A stretch of 64,000 nucleotides of DNA from an uncultured Planctomycetota bacterium. GTDB lineage: Bacteria > Planctomycetota > Planctomycetia > Pirellulales > Lacipirellulaceae. Location of the stretch: the NCBI GenBank assembly GCA_963719315.1, contig CAVRBU010000001.1, positions 288,001 through 352,000 of the forward strand, given 5' to 3'. Below are positions 54,194 to 63,523 of this stretch, one piece after another. The notes below the pieces were generated by a model. The model ran no database searches. It was not told the origin of the DNA and worked only from the letters and a program-made list of their open reading frames with translations. The position numbers were made by a program, and so were the translations under genes. Numbering within the stretch: the stretch's first letter is position 1; each line of letters starts with the position of its first letter.

Positions 54194-54487
54194 ATGGTTT
54201 CTTTATCTGTTGCCCCCGCCCGTGACCGAATCTCCCTCCCCCAACTCGCCCGCGAGCAAGGCGTCTCGCCGGTTTCAACCTGGCGTTGGGCGCTCCGCGG
54301 CAGCCGCGGCGTAATGCTCCCCACGTTTTGCGTCGGCCACAAACGGTACACCACGCGGGCCGCGTTTGCGGAATGGTGCGCGCAGGTGACGGCAGCCGCC
54401 AACGGAGAGACACAAGGTCGCGTGCCAGCCAATCGCGAATCGGCAATGCAGCGTGCCGAGCGTGAGACAGCGCGAATGGGAGTATAG
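54194..54487 (+). CDS. DUF1580-like HTH protein (excisionase/AlpA-like position)
   Basis: ISLPQLAREQGVSPVSTWRWALRG...VGHKRYTTRAAFAEW. Confidence 0.75.
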   Translation: MVSLSVAPARDRISLPQLAREQGVSPVSTWRWALRGSRGVMLPTFCVGHKRYTTRAAFAEWCAQVTAAANGETQGRVPANRESAMQRAERETARMGV

Positions 54488-54666
54488 CCAATTGTCACTA
54501 CGCCGTTTTGCGGCCACAAAAAAAGGCCGCCCCGTTGCGAGCGGAGACGGCCAAATGCGAAAGGACTCGACACGTGAATCGTATCACATTCTCCCCGGCC
54601 CCGGCAACTGCGGTTCGGATCGGCCGACTGGTCGATAACAATCTCACGAATTGGTGCAAAGGCACC

Positions 54667-54813
54667 ATGAACGAGCTAGCACGTGCCGATCGGGCCGGCG
54701 ACGATACCAGCTCGCTACTGACGGTCGGTCTGGCAATTCTTCGCGCTCGCCACGCTGTTCGCGCTGGAATTCGTGACGCCGAACTTCAACGGCACGGAGG
54801 GCGACGCCGATGA
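54667..54813 (+). CDS. Small hypothetical protein
   Basis: ATGA overlap with the helicase gene; start codon uncertain. Confidence 0.3.
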   Translation: MNELARADRAGDDTSSLLTVGLAILRARHAVRAGIRDAELQRHGGRRR

Positions 54814-56327
54814 ATGAGACGGAACAACTCCCGCGGGCTCACGACGCCGAAGAATACGTTCTCGGCTGCCTGGTTGTTTTTCCAACACAGGCCGACGAAA
54901 TTTTCTCGCGACTCACGGCAACGGATTTTTTCGACGCTGAGCACCAGAAGATTTTTGCAGCCGCACAACGCCAGTACGCAGCCGGCGCCATCGACCCGGC
55001 GCTGCTAGGGCGAGAGTGCGGCGCGGCGAAGTTGCTGGTTGAGTTGGGCCTCAACCCAAGCAGCGCACCGACTACCGCGGTACATATTCCGACAGAGGCC
55101 CGGAAGATTGTCGAGGCGCAAGAAACGGGAGGCGCTTCGACCACTTCCACACGCTCGCCGATAACTCGCTGAATGGATGGACCGCCGATCAGTTGGACCG
55201 GGCGAACGAAGCCGCTCAGTACGATTGGCGCCGCGAGTGCGCCAACGATAAGCCACGATTCAGAACGTACACGGCGGCCGAACTAGACGCCGCAGATTTT
55301 CCCGTATCGTTCCTGATCGACAACATCCTAGTTGCTGGCCAGCCGTGCGCTTTGGGTGGCGCAGGAGAAGTCTCTAAAGACTTCAGTCATGCTGGCGATG
55401 GGAGTTTCGCTAAGCATTCCTGTTCCGTTTCTTGGAACCTTCCCCGTCCAATATCCAAAGCGGTTTCTGATGTTCAGCGGCGAATCGGGGATGGCAACGC
55501 TTCAAGAAACCTCACGCCGTATCTGCCGAAGCTATGGATACGAACTAAGCGACCTGGATGGTTTCATAATCTCGCCGGACCTGCCCCAACTCAGCAACGC
55601 CGTTGACATCGCAGAATTAGAGACCGTCATTGCTGAACACGAACCCGATGTTGTCGGCATCGACCCCATGTTCCTGTGCATGGGCGACATCGACGAAAAG
55701 GCCGCCAATATGTTCAGCATGGGCAAGCCGCTAACCAAGCTGAACGAAGCGTGCATGAGGCACAACGCCACGCTGATATTCGCTCACCATACATCCGGCG
55801 TTCCCCAATATGGCGCGACCCCAAAGTTGTCCTGGCTCGCCTTCAGCGGATTCAAGCAATTCGTTCGCCAGTGGATTCTTCTAAACCGGATGGAGGATTA
55901 CACGCCGGGCACGGGCTTGCATCGGCTAAAGATGGTTTCAGGCGGCAGCATCGGTCACGGCGGATTGTGGGTCGCGGACATCAGTGAAGGCAGCAGAAGC
56001 GATCAGGGCGGTAGGCACTGGCGAGTAGCCGTGAAGTCGGCGGATGAGGACAGGCAGGAATCGTCCACGCGCACCGCTGAGAAAAAGGTAGCCGCGGCCG
56101 AGCAAAAATTGACGGATGAACGAAACGCCGTATGCCGGTATCTCGCAAAGCATCCAAGCGGGTTGGCTCCAACGAAGATTCGGGACGGTTCCGGAATCAG
56201 TGGCCGACGCTGGCCAGTCGTCTTAGCCGCCCTGATCGAGCACGGCAACATCGTGGAATGCGAAGTCACGGGTGGACATCCGCCACGGCAGCTTCCAGGT
56301 TACAAACTTTCGAGTTTAGAGGTTTAG
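54810..56327 (+). CDS. Replication helicase: DnaB-like N-terminal domain + AAA_25/RepA-type ATPase (apparent frameshifts ~55120-55190 and ~55360)
   Basis: PRAHDAEEYVLG...TDFFDAEHQKIF; FLIDNILVAGQPCALGG/KSLKTS Walker A; FSGE; GIDP Walker B; AHH. Confidence 0.72.
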
Positions 56328-56349
56328 TCCTATGCAAATTATTGAGCCA

Positions 56350-56500
56350 TCGTCCGCCCGTCCGGTGCCACCGTCCGCTACGGACGGACAGTCAGCCTGC
56401 GGCCGTCGTCCGGTCCCCCCGTTTATATACGGGGGACGGACGGACAGCCGGACGGCGGCTGTTTCGCCGAGCGCAGAGAAACGAGCGGACGGACGGCCGC
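56350..56500. other. Candidate satellite replication origin
   Basis: Clustered CGTCCG/CGGACG repeats around the palindrome GTCCCCCCGT-TTATAT-ACGGGGGAC, directly after the helicase gene. Confidence 0.5.
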
Positions 56501-56755
56501 TAAGAGACCCCGGCGGCCAGCACAAGGCGCCGCAAGGCGTCAGCACACGCGACGATCCTGCGCTGGCTCTTTACTGGTTCGAGCAAGAGTGTTTGAAGTA
56601 CGCAGGCACAGCCGACGAGGGATGGTGACGGCGGGGGGTGGTTTTGTCTCAAAATGGGGCGATATTAGCCGTATGTCCCCAGGCTTCACCAAGTTTCGAC
56701 TTATTTTGAGGGACTCGATTCTAAACCAAAAGTTGGAAGCTAGAGGAATTAACGT

Positions 56756-57118
56756 ATGAACACGAAGTTCGCGGCCCCGCCGCATTTGTCGGAGCGTTCA
56801 ACCGGAATTTGGGAGCAGCTAGTTCCGTCACGCTGCCGAAGCGTTGGGCGAACAGTGCTCTTGCAAACGGCACTTGAAGCCTTGGACCTGAGCGACCGGG
56901 CGGCGGCGGAGCTGACTGAAACGACATCGCTACTCGTCAAAACGTTGGGTTCCGGCACGCTCCACCAGCACCCCGCCTACAAAACTGCGAAAGAGGCACG
57001 AGCACAATTCGCGGCGTTGTGGAGCCAGCTAGGGTTGCAGTTCAGCGGAGCGGAGGACGGCATTTCCCTGGACGGCTGGCTCCGGCAGATGAAGGCGAGA
57101 GAAGCGGGTGACGAATGA
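56756..57118 (+). CDS. terS: P27-family terminase small subunit
   Basis: APPHLSERS...W...HQHPAYKTAKEARAQFAALWSQLGL. Confidence 0.75.
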   Translation: MNTKFAAPPHLSERSTGIWEQLVPSRCRSVGRTVLLQTALEALDLSDRAAAELTETTSLLVKTLGSGTLHQHPAYKTAKEARAQFAALWSQLGLQFSGAEDGISLDGWLRQMKAREAGDE

Positions 57119-57447
57119 AACGCGATCCCTGCCCCACCGTGAAGCGACCCAAGAAAAACCACCCGATACCGGCCGAGCGAATGTGCCCAGTGTGCTTGTC
57201 GCGAATGAAGATTACTCACAGCCGGCAAACGAAAAGCGGGTTAACAAAGCAACGTCAATGCCCGTTTTGCAATCACGTTGACCGCGTGCTGCTGCGAATC
57301 GAAGTCGTAAAAATCATGGAAGTCGCCCGCAAGAGTGTGCGAACCAACACACCTGGCAAAATAATTTCTGCAAAGTGTGCGAACCAACACACTTCCAAGC
57401 GAGTGCAGCGTGGAACAAAAACCCCAAGGCGTCAAAAATTAAAGTGA
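57115..57447 (+). CDS. Zinc-ribbon protein (Ogr/Delta- or NrdR-like)
   Basis: CPVC...SR...RQCPFC; ATGA overlap with terS. Confidence 0.55.
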   Translation: MKRDPCPTVKRPKKNHPIPAERMCPVCLSRMKITHSRQTKSGLTKQRQCPFCNHVDRVLLRIEVVKIMEVARKSVRTNTPGKIISAKCANQHTSKRVQRGTKTPRRQKLK

Positions 57448-57457
57448 GGACAAAACA

Positions 57458-57850
57458 ATGTTGACTGCCAAAGACATCGCAAAGCGACTCGACATGGACC
57501 TGGACGCCGTTGCGTTTCTGTACGCCAAGCGAATTCTTCCCGACGGAATTTGCATCGGCGGCGTGGTTCATTTCCGCGAGCAGGACATCAAGAAATTCGA
57601 GAAGTATTTGCGGCGGCGAGCAGCTTGCCGAGTTCGAGGCATCGACCCCGATAGCATGCGTGGGCCAAGTCCCGGGGTTTACTCCACCGGCGGCCGGCCA
57701 CGTTTTGATCCGCGGCTTGTGATTGCGAATGAGCTGGAAGCCGAACGGCAAAAGCGATCCCGCACACTGGCAGCCGGCACAACGCCGATTGAAAAGCAAG
57801 AGAAAATCGAGTTGCCGGAAGTCGCGAGCAAACAAGCTGAGGTCAAGTAA
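57458..57850 (+). CDS. AlpA/excisionase-like HTH protein
   Basis: MLTAKDIAKRL...LPDGICIGGVVHFREQDI; GAGGA RBS. Confidence 0.65.
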   Translation: MLTAKDIAKRLDMDLDAVAFLYAKRILPDGICIGGVVHFREQDIKKFEKYLRRRAACRVRGIDPDSMRGPSPGVYSTGGRPRFDPRLVIANELEAERQKRSRTLAAGTTPIEKQEKIELPEVASKQAEVK

Positions 57851-58029
57851 ATGTTTCCGTCTTCGATCAACCGGCCAAAGAGCGTCAAAATTCTCGTTGA
57901 AGAAACTGAAGATTTGGAACTGGAACTCGCCCGCAATGAGGTCGAGTGTCGGGGTGTGCTCGGTACGGCCAAGGCAGAGGCCCGCGACCTTACGGCCGCA
58001 GAGAATCATCGGTTTAACATCTCTGTTAA

Positions 58030-59585
58030 CAGCCTGTTGAAGAAGTTGGTATTTGGTGATTTTAGGCAGCCAACGCGAGCGGTTGGTTGATGGTTGATTT
58101 TTGTCGGCCGGTCGGCGGCGTGGGCGTCAGCAGACGCTCCAGCGCGGCCAGGGTGTTAAACAACACAACATGCAAGGCGTCGGCAAGCCCGCCGTTCCCT
58201 TGCAGGCTCCTGGCCGTGCCGATTCCGAACAAGTGGCGCAGGACGAGGCCCAGATTGCGTGCCATGGCCGACGTCAGGTATCGCTTTCTCACTTTCTCGA
58301 TACCATGCAGCCACGTTCGCCGACTGCCGCCCGTCTCGCAGACGTGGGCGAAACTCCGCTCGACCTTCTCACTCCTCTCGCGCTGTAGAGCACGTCCTCG
58401 CTTTCCTTTGACCCGGCGGCGGTTGCCCGTCACCGCCCGACGCTCTTCGTCCGCTTTGTTTTTCCAATTGCGACGATGCGCGTGCTGTGGTTCGGCGATG
58501 TACGTTCGTAGACCCTCGGTGAATTCCAATTCGGCCAGCGTCTCGTTCCCCGAGTAGCCTTTGTCCGCCACCGTCTCCTCGATGTCCGCGTCGCTGTCGG
58601 CTTGAATCAAGTTGTCTTGCGCTTGGCTGAGGCTCGGGCCGATCGTGTCCACGTCGGCCGCGTTGGCGTGATAGATCTCGGCCGCCAGGATCAGCTCCGT
58701 GTCCAGATCGACGACGTGTTCGGCCTTGTAGGCCAGATGCGTGCGGCCGTCCTTCATCCGGGTGATCCGGCTGTCTGGGTCGGTTTCGCTCTGCCATTCT
58801 TGGTTCGAGACCTTTTTGTCCTTGCGCTGGCGATCGAACCGAGCAATCTCCTCGGCTGAGGGTTCGTCGCCCGGCTCGATCTGGCCTGCTTCCTGCATCA
58901 GACGCCGAACATACTCCTGCCAGTCCTCGCCCGTGTCGCGCCTGACGATGCTCTTCATGGCCGCGTCGGCCTCCAGGGTCGTGGCGTCGACGCCCACCGT
59001 CTTGCCGGCGAGCAGGCCTTGCTGCTCAGCCACCTCGAGCACGAAGCAGAATACTTGCCGATGAACCGACAACGGCAGTCGGTCGCGGACCCGCGTCAGG
59101 CTCGAATGGTCAGGCGTCTCTTCGCCGAGCGGGACGCCCAGAAATTCTCGCAAGCTGAGACTGTCGGCACACCGCCAGGCGATGCCCCGCTGCGAGCCGA
59201 GGCCCTCGAAGTAGCCCACCAACAGCATCCGGAAGTAGACGCCCGGCGGAATGCCGGGCCGCCCCATCGTTTCGTGGTAGTACGGCTCACAGAGCCTTTC
59301 GACGAACTCGTCGAAGCCGGCTGCTCGCAGCAATTGATTGAGCTTGCCGTAAAACACATGCCCTTCCGACCGCGGCAACTGGTCCACCGGGATCCAGAAG
59401 GACGACTGCTGCTCTTGGTTGCGGTGTCCCAACGCCATCCGTGATCTCCTCAATTCGGCTCTGCGGATGCCTGAGCAAAACAATAATCGCTCTTACACTG
59501 GCATCCACGCCAACCGCAGGCGACAATTTAGCGCCATGCCGTCGTTAGCGAAAGTCTATCCAAAGGAGACTTCTTCAACAGGCTG
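58030..59585 (-). mobile_element. IS1182-like insertion sequence (1556 bp)
   Basis: Perfect 17-bp IR CAGCCTGTTGAAGAAGT; TSD TTAA at 58026-58029 and 59586-59589. Confidence 0.9.
58062..59438 (-). CDS. IS1182/IS5-clan DDE transposase
   Basis: GRPGIPP, TPDHSSLTR, VDATTLEA, TDPDS, ADKGY and VERSFA. Confidence 0.9.
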   Translation of the reverse strand: MALGHRNQEQQSSFWIPVDQLPRSEGHVFYGKLNQLLRAAGFDEFVERLCEPYYHETMGRPGIPPGVYFRMLLVGYFEGLGSQRGIAWRCADSLSLREFLGVPLGEETPDHSSLTRVRDRLPLSVHRQVFCFVLEVAEQQGLLAGKTVGVDATTLEADAAMKSIVRRDTGEDWQEYVRRLMQEAGQIEPGDEPSAEEIARFDRQRKDKKVSNQEWQSETDPDSRITRMKDGRTHLAYKAEHVVDLDTELILAAEIYHANAADVDTIGPSLSQAQDNLIQADSDADIEETVADKGYSGNETLAELEFTEGLRTYIAEPQHAHRRNWKNKADEERRAVTGNRRRVKGKRGRALQRERSEKVERSFAHVCETGGSRRTWLHGIEKVRKRYLTSAMARNLGLVLRHLFGIGTARSLQGNGGLADALHVVLFNTLAALERLLTPTPPTGRQKSTINQPLALAA

Positions 59586-60911
59586 TTAAAAGGGCGAAGG
59601 AAACGAAGGCAAAATTAGCTCAACTCAAAAACGAGTTGACCAAAGCTCAGGAACTAGAAAAGAGGCTCACAATGGCTCATCCCAGCAGCACGGTTTACAA
59701 CCAATCAAGTTACACCGGCGACGAGGCGTTTACGGTTCGTCGCGACAGCCCGGAAAACCCGTTCGGCAACAATTTCGGTGGTGGCGAATCGCGATACCCC
59801 AAATATCCTGTCACTGGAAAATTGCGTGCGTTTCGCGACGCGCAAACCGCCTACGATTGCGGGATGTGGATAAAGGCCATCACCAGTCGTCTCTATGGCG
59901 GCATGGCTGACACCGCAGCCGAAAACTACTGTGAAAGTATCGGCCTGGAAATCACCAACGCGGCCTACGAAGGCAGCGGCGCGGCCGGCGGCTATTTGGT
60001 GCCTTCGCCGGTCTCGCAAACCATCATCGACGTGCGCGAGGCGGTGGGTGTTGCCCGGCAAGTGCTAAAAGTTATGCCGGTGACGGCGGAGTCACTTTCA
60101 ATTCCGAAAAAAGCTGGCGGCTTGACGGTCTACGCGCCGGGTGAAGGCACGGCGATTACCGATTCCGATAAGTCGTGGTCTCAAATCGCGCTCATGATGC
60201 GTAAGCGCGCAGTTGCTTCGCTCCTCAGTCAAGAGTTAGTTGCAGACTCGATCATAAGTGTTGTCGATGATATCTTCAGCGAGATGGGCTACGCGCTCGC
60301 GCAGCAAGAAGATCGAGAGGCGATTAACGGCAACGGCGGCGACTCAACCTACTTTGGCGTTCGCGGCTTGCTGTCCAGCATCGGTGCGGGTGGCGTTTCA
60401 ACCGCTGCTGTATCATCGACGTGGGCAGCAATCACGCTCGCCGAAGTGAGTGCGGCTGTCGGCTTATTGCCCGACCGCTATTTTCCGTACGAGCCAAGCT
60501 GGATTTGCTCGCACTCGTTCTACAACCAAGTCTTTCAGCGACTCGGCTTTGCTGCCGGCGGTGCGACCGCGAGCGAAGTCATGACCGGCACGCCAAACGT
60601 GCGTAGCTTCCTGGGCTACAAATGCTATCTCACCTCGCAAATGCCGACCGCAACGGCAGTCAGCACGAAGTGCGCGTTATTTGGCGCGTTCGACCAAGCC
60701 GGCATGTTGGGCGACCGCGGCGCCATCCGGGTTTCGCGCTCCGACGATTACAAGTTCTTGGAAGATCAAGTCGTCTTAAAGGCGACCAGCAGATACGACA
60801 TCAATATCCACGACCACGGCGACGCGAGTGCAGCCGGTGCCTACGTGGCATTGTCAACGCACAGTTAGACATTCCTGTCCGATATTCACTCGTCGTGAGT
60901 TCGGATGTACG

Positions 60912-60952
60912 AACGGCCGTCACTTGGGCAACCAGGCGGCGGCCGTTTTTTT
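60912..60952 (+). terminator. Rho-independent terminator after the capsid gene
   Basis: AACGGCCGTCACTTGG-GCAA-CCAGGCGGCGGCCGTT followed by a T run. Confidence 0.75.
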
Positions 60953-60972
60953 ATTCGCAGCGGAAACGGACA

Positions 60973-61188
60973 ATGCAACGCGGCACAGTAGTTTCACTGA
61001 ACCTTGAACGTGGATTCTTTTTTATCCGTGGCGACAACAGCAGCTCGCCGGATGTCTTTGCACACCATAGCGACCTGAATGAAAGCGTTTCGTTCGATGC
61101 AACGCTAGAACAACGCCGAGTGCAATACGAACAGTACGACACGCCGCGTGGATTGAGGGCACGGAAGATTCAACCGGCTGAGGACTGA
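60973..61188 (+). CDS. Divergent cold-shock-domain protein
   Basis: MQRGTVV...RGFFFI (RNP1-like)...DVFAHHS (RNP2-like)...RGLRA. Confidence 0.8.
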   Translation: MQRGTVVSLNLERGFFFIRGDNSSSPDVFAHHSDLNESVSFDATLEQRRVQYEQYDTPRGLRARKIQPAED

Positions 61189-61396
61189 GGCAAAATCGGA
61201 CGTGTCTGTAGTCGGCTCAACCCGTCGGATGCGTTCCTGGGGCATCCTGTGCGACCGTTTTTCGTGCTGCCCGCGACGGCGGGCAGGATTACACGATTCA
61301 AGAACCGCGGCCCGTGCAGTATCACAAGTGCGGGTTTGTGCGGGGTTAGGCGGGGCGGTGGGCAGCTTCGGAAGGATGATAAGGGGCAGTGGGCGA

Positions 61397-61945
61397 CTAT
61401 TTCGCCACCGATTTTTTGACTTGTTCCATCGTAATGATGTTATCGCCTTTTCCGCCCGGAACAAACATTGGCACGATGAAGGGAGGAATGCCCATCCGCA
61501 GCGTAACGGAATGTATCATTTCTCGAAAGTAAGGCCAAACAATTAGCATTCCTACTTGGCCAATTTGATCGCTGACTTCCTGAAATTCCTCGACTTTCCT
61601 ACCAGTTACTTCGTAGACACACTGATACAGGGCATGAAACGTTACTAACGATGAATCATCACTCGCATCAGCAGGCCGACCTTGAACATCAATGGTTACG
61701 TCAACATGAATCGTTCCATCCGGACTTGCTCCGACCGCCGCACCAGCGGCAATTTTCGCCTTAGTTGGCAGTTGAATGCCACGTATTTCGAGATGTGATT
61801 GTTCGTCAATTAATCGAATATTCTTTAGGCGAAGATGCTTGAAAAAATTATCTGACTTAATGACCGACGGCTTTGGCGAGGCCTTCAGACGAACAAGCTC
61901 CGCCTTCGATCGCTTGGCGATTTTCTTGAATTTTTTTTTAGCCAT
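61397..61945 (-). CDS. SecB-like chaperone (TAC component C)
   Basis: WPYFREMIHSVTLRMGIPPFIVP matches the SecB C-terminal signature; overlaps the antitoxin stop. Confidence 0.82.
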   Translation of the reverse strand: MAKKKFKKIAKRSKAELVRLKASPKPSVIKSDNFFKHLRLKNIRLIDEQSHLEIRGIQLPTKAKIAAGAAVGASPDGTIHVDVTIDVQGRPADASDDSSLVTFHALYQCVYEVTGRKVEEFQEVSDQIGQVGMLIVWPYFREMIHSVTLRMGIPPFIVPMFVPGGKGDNIITMEQVKKSVAK

Positions 61946-62348
61946 GGCTTAGCGTGGTCGTTGGTTTGATACTTACACTAACGTCATTAATGGTGGTCAC
62001 GTTTACCGCCACGACTGGCCAATCGAGAGTTTGGCGATTCATATAAACGAATTGCGGCTTTTTATAAAACTCCACTCGCACATTGTAGCCGACCGCATCT
62101 GCAATTTTTTTGAGTGGCGTTAGGGAATGGCCTTCGTAGTCCGAATTCTCTAGCCGAGCAATTACAGGTTGCGACAACCCGGCACTTCTGCCAAGCGCGG
62201 TCTGTGTAAGGCCAGCCTCTGTCCGCAATTGATAAATTTGGGTGGCAATGTGCGCATTAATTGCCTCATCCTCAACGCGCTTCGCAAGCGCAGGATCAGC
62301 AGCAAGTCGCTTCCGAATCACATCGCCGAAGTTTGTTGTATGCGCCAT
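61938..62348 (-). CDS. higA: HigA-like XRE HTH antitoxin with C-terminal extension
   Basis: LRTEAGLTQTALG...SQPVIARLE; about 40-aa tail after VRVEF. Confidence 0.85.
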   Translation of the reverse strand: MAHTTNFGDVIRKRLAADPALAKRVEDEAINAHIATQIYQLRTEAGLTQTALGRSAGLSQPVIARLENSDYEGHSLTPLKKIADAVGYNVRVEFYKKPQFVYMNRQTLDWPVVAVNVTTINDVSVSIKPTTTLSHG

Positions 62349-62349
62349 T

Positions 62350-62730
62350 CTACGAATTAAATCCCGCTAAATGTTTTGTAGGATTTGTAACTATCAACTT
62401 CTTTCGCTTAACCGCAAGATCAATGTCGCCAGCCGGCACCTCTCCCTCTTTTGTAATTCCGTGAGACAGCGCAGCTCCGCACTTACCGTGAAAAAAATAC
62501 AATATGCGATATTGAACTTTCACGACTCGCCAACGCAACTCGTAAATTCCATCGCGAAGAGGTTTGGAGTGCGGCATCTTCAACTCGTTTCCATAAGATT
62601 CGAGTTGCAACATCCGTTCCAAGGCCCGCTCGTATGCCTTTGGAAATCGCTTTTCCAGATTCGCCAGCCATCCTTCCAAGGGAATGTCGCCATTCGCCTC
62701 GCAGAACACGCTGACGGTCATATGGGGCAT
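62350..62730 (-). CDS. higB: HigB/RelE (Gp49-like) toxin
   Basis: MPHSKPLRDGIYELR...YRILYFF...LSHGITK; toxin-first gene order. Confidence 0.88.
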   Translation of the reverse strand: MPHMTVSVFCEANGDIPLEGWLANLEKRFPKAYERALERMLQLESYGNELKMPHSKPLRDGIYELRWRVVKVQYRILYFFHGKCGAALSHGITKEGEVPAGDIDLAVKRKKLIVTNPTKHLAGFNS

Positions 62731-62742
62731 ACCGCGCCGCCT

Positions 62743-62782
62743 ATGATAATATTGTTATATTCGGCCGCAGTCGGCCAGTCAA
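62743..62782 (-). promoter_or_regulatory. Sigma70 promoter and candidate operator of the TAC operon
   Basis: Minus strand TTGACT-N17-TATAAC; imperfect palindrome ATAACAATATTATCAT overlaps the -10. Confidence 0.7.
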
Positions 62783-62870
62783 TAACATGAAAAGATGCCA
62801 GCTTAGTCAACTGTCGTAACGGATGAATGGATCGTGCAACGTGAACCATCCCGCGGGCAGTGCTGTCACA

Positions 62871-63206
62871 CTACCCTATGCCAATTCCCGCTGCAACATT
62901 TATAGAGATAGCCCGCTTTCCATAGTTGGAGAGCTGCCCGCGCCTTGGCGGCGCAGCACTCTTATACCCCGCGATTGCCGGTGCTCCGATGCGTACCTGA
63001 GCGATCCTATGCGGTCGCGACTCCCGACTTTTCCTCAAAAGCGTCTCGACGCGCTCTAATGCGGTCCGTAACTCAACCAGTTGGGCGGACGCGGCGAGAA
63101 TGACCTCTGTCTCCGGGCAATCCACCATGATCCGCTGGGCCTCGGTAACCTGCTGGTCGATGTCGGCCAGCAGTTGGATCAATTCTTGGCGTCGATCTTC
63201 GGGCAT
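62871..63206 (-). CDS. Small helical hypothetical protein
   Basis: Amphipathic coiled-coil-like first 60 aa. Confidence 0.45.
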   Translation of the reverse strand: MPEDRRQELIQLLADIDQQVTEAQRIMVDCPETEVILAASAQLVELRTALERVETLLRKSRESRPHRIAQVRIGAPAIAGYKSAAPPRRGQLSNYGKRAISINVAAGIGIG

Positions 63207-63523
63207 GGCGCCGATGATACCTTGCGGCCAACCACGTCATCACGTAGCACGCTCGGGCGACGGCTGCCGATGATCTTCTCTGTGCTCGAATCGGACACGG
63301 CTGCGGGGCTGAACGAGCGACACCAGGACGGCGCGAACCTGGGTGTCGGCGGTTCGTTTTTCGAGATTCCCAAAACCGTATGGTACGGTTTTGTGCGCGG
63401 CCGATACTGTAAAGTGCCTATACGTAGTGAAATCAGGTGAAAGACTTGTAATGTCGGAAACGCGCGGTAGAATCGCGTTAATCACCGGGGAAAAGCTGAT
63501 ATTCTCGACTCGGCCCGAATTTT

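Larger units (their letters stand above)
57851..60868 (+). pseudogene. HK97-family major capsid protein interrupted by an IS (485 aa when restored)
   Basis: 57851-58029 joins 59590-60868 in frame; coiled-coil N-terminus, GGYLVP, QEDREAING and RYD. Confidence 0.85.
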
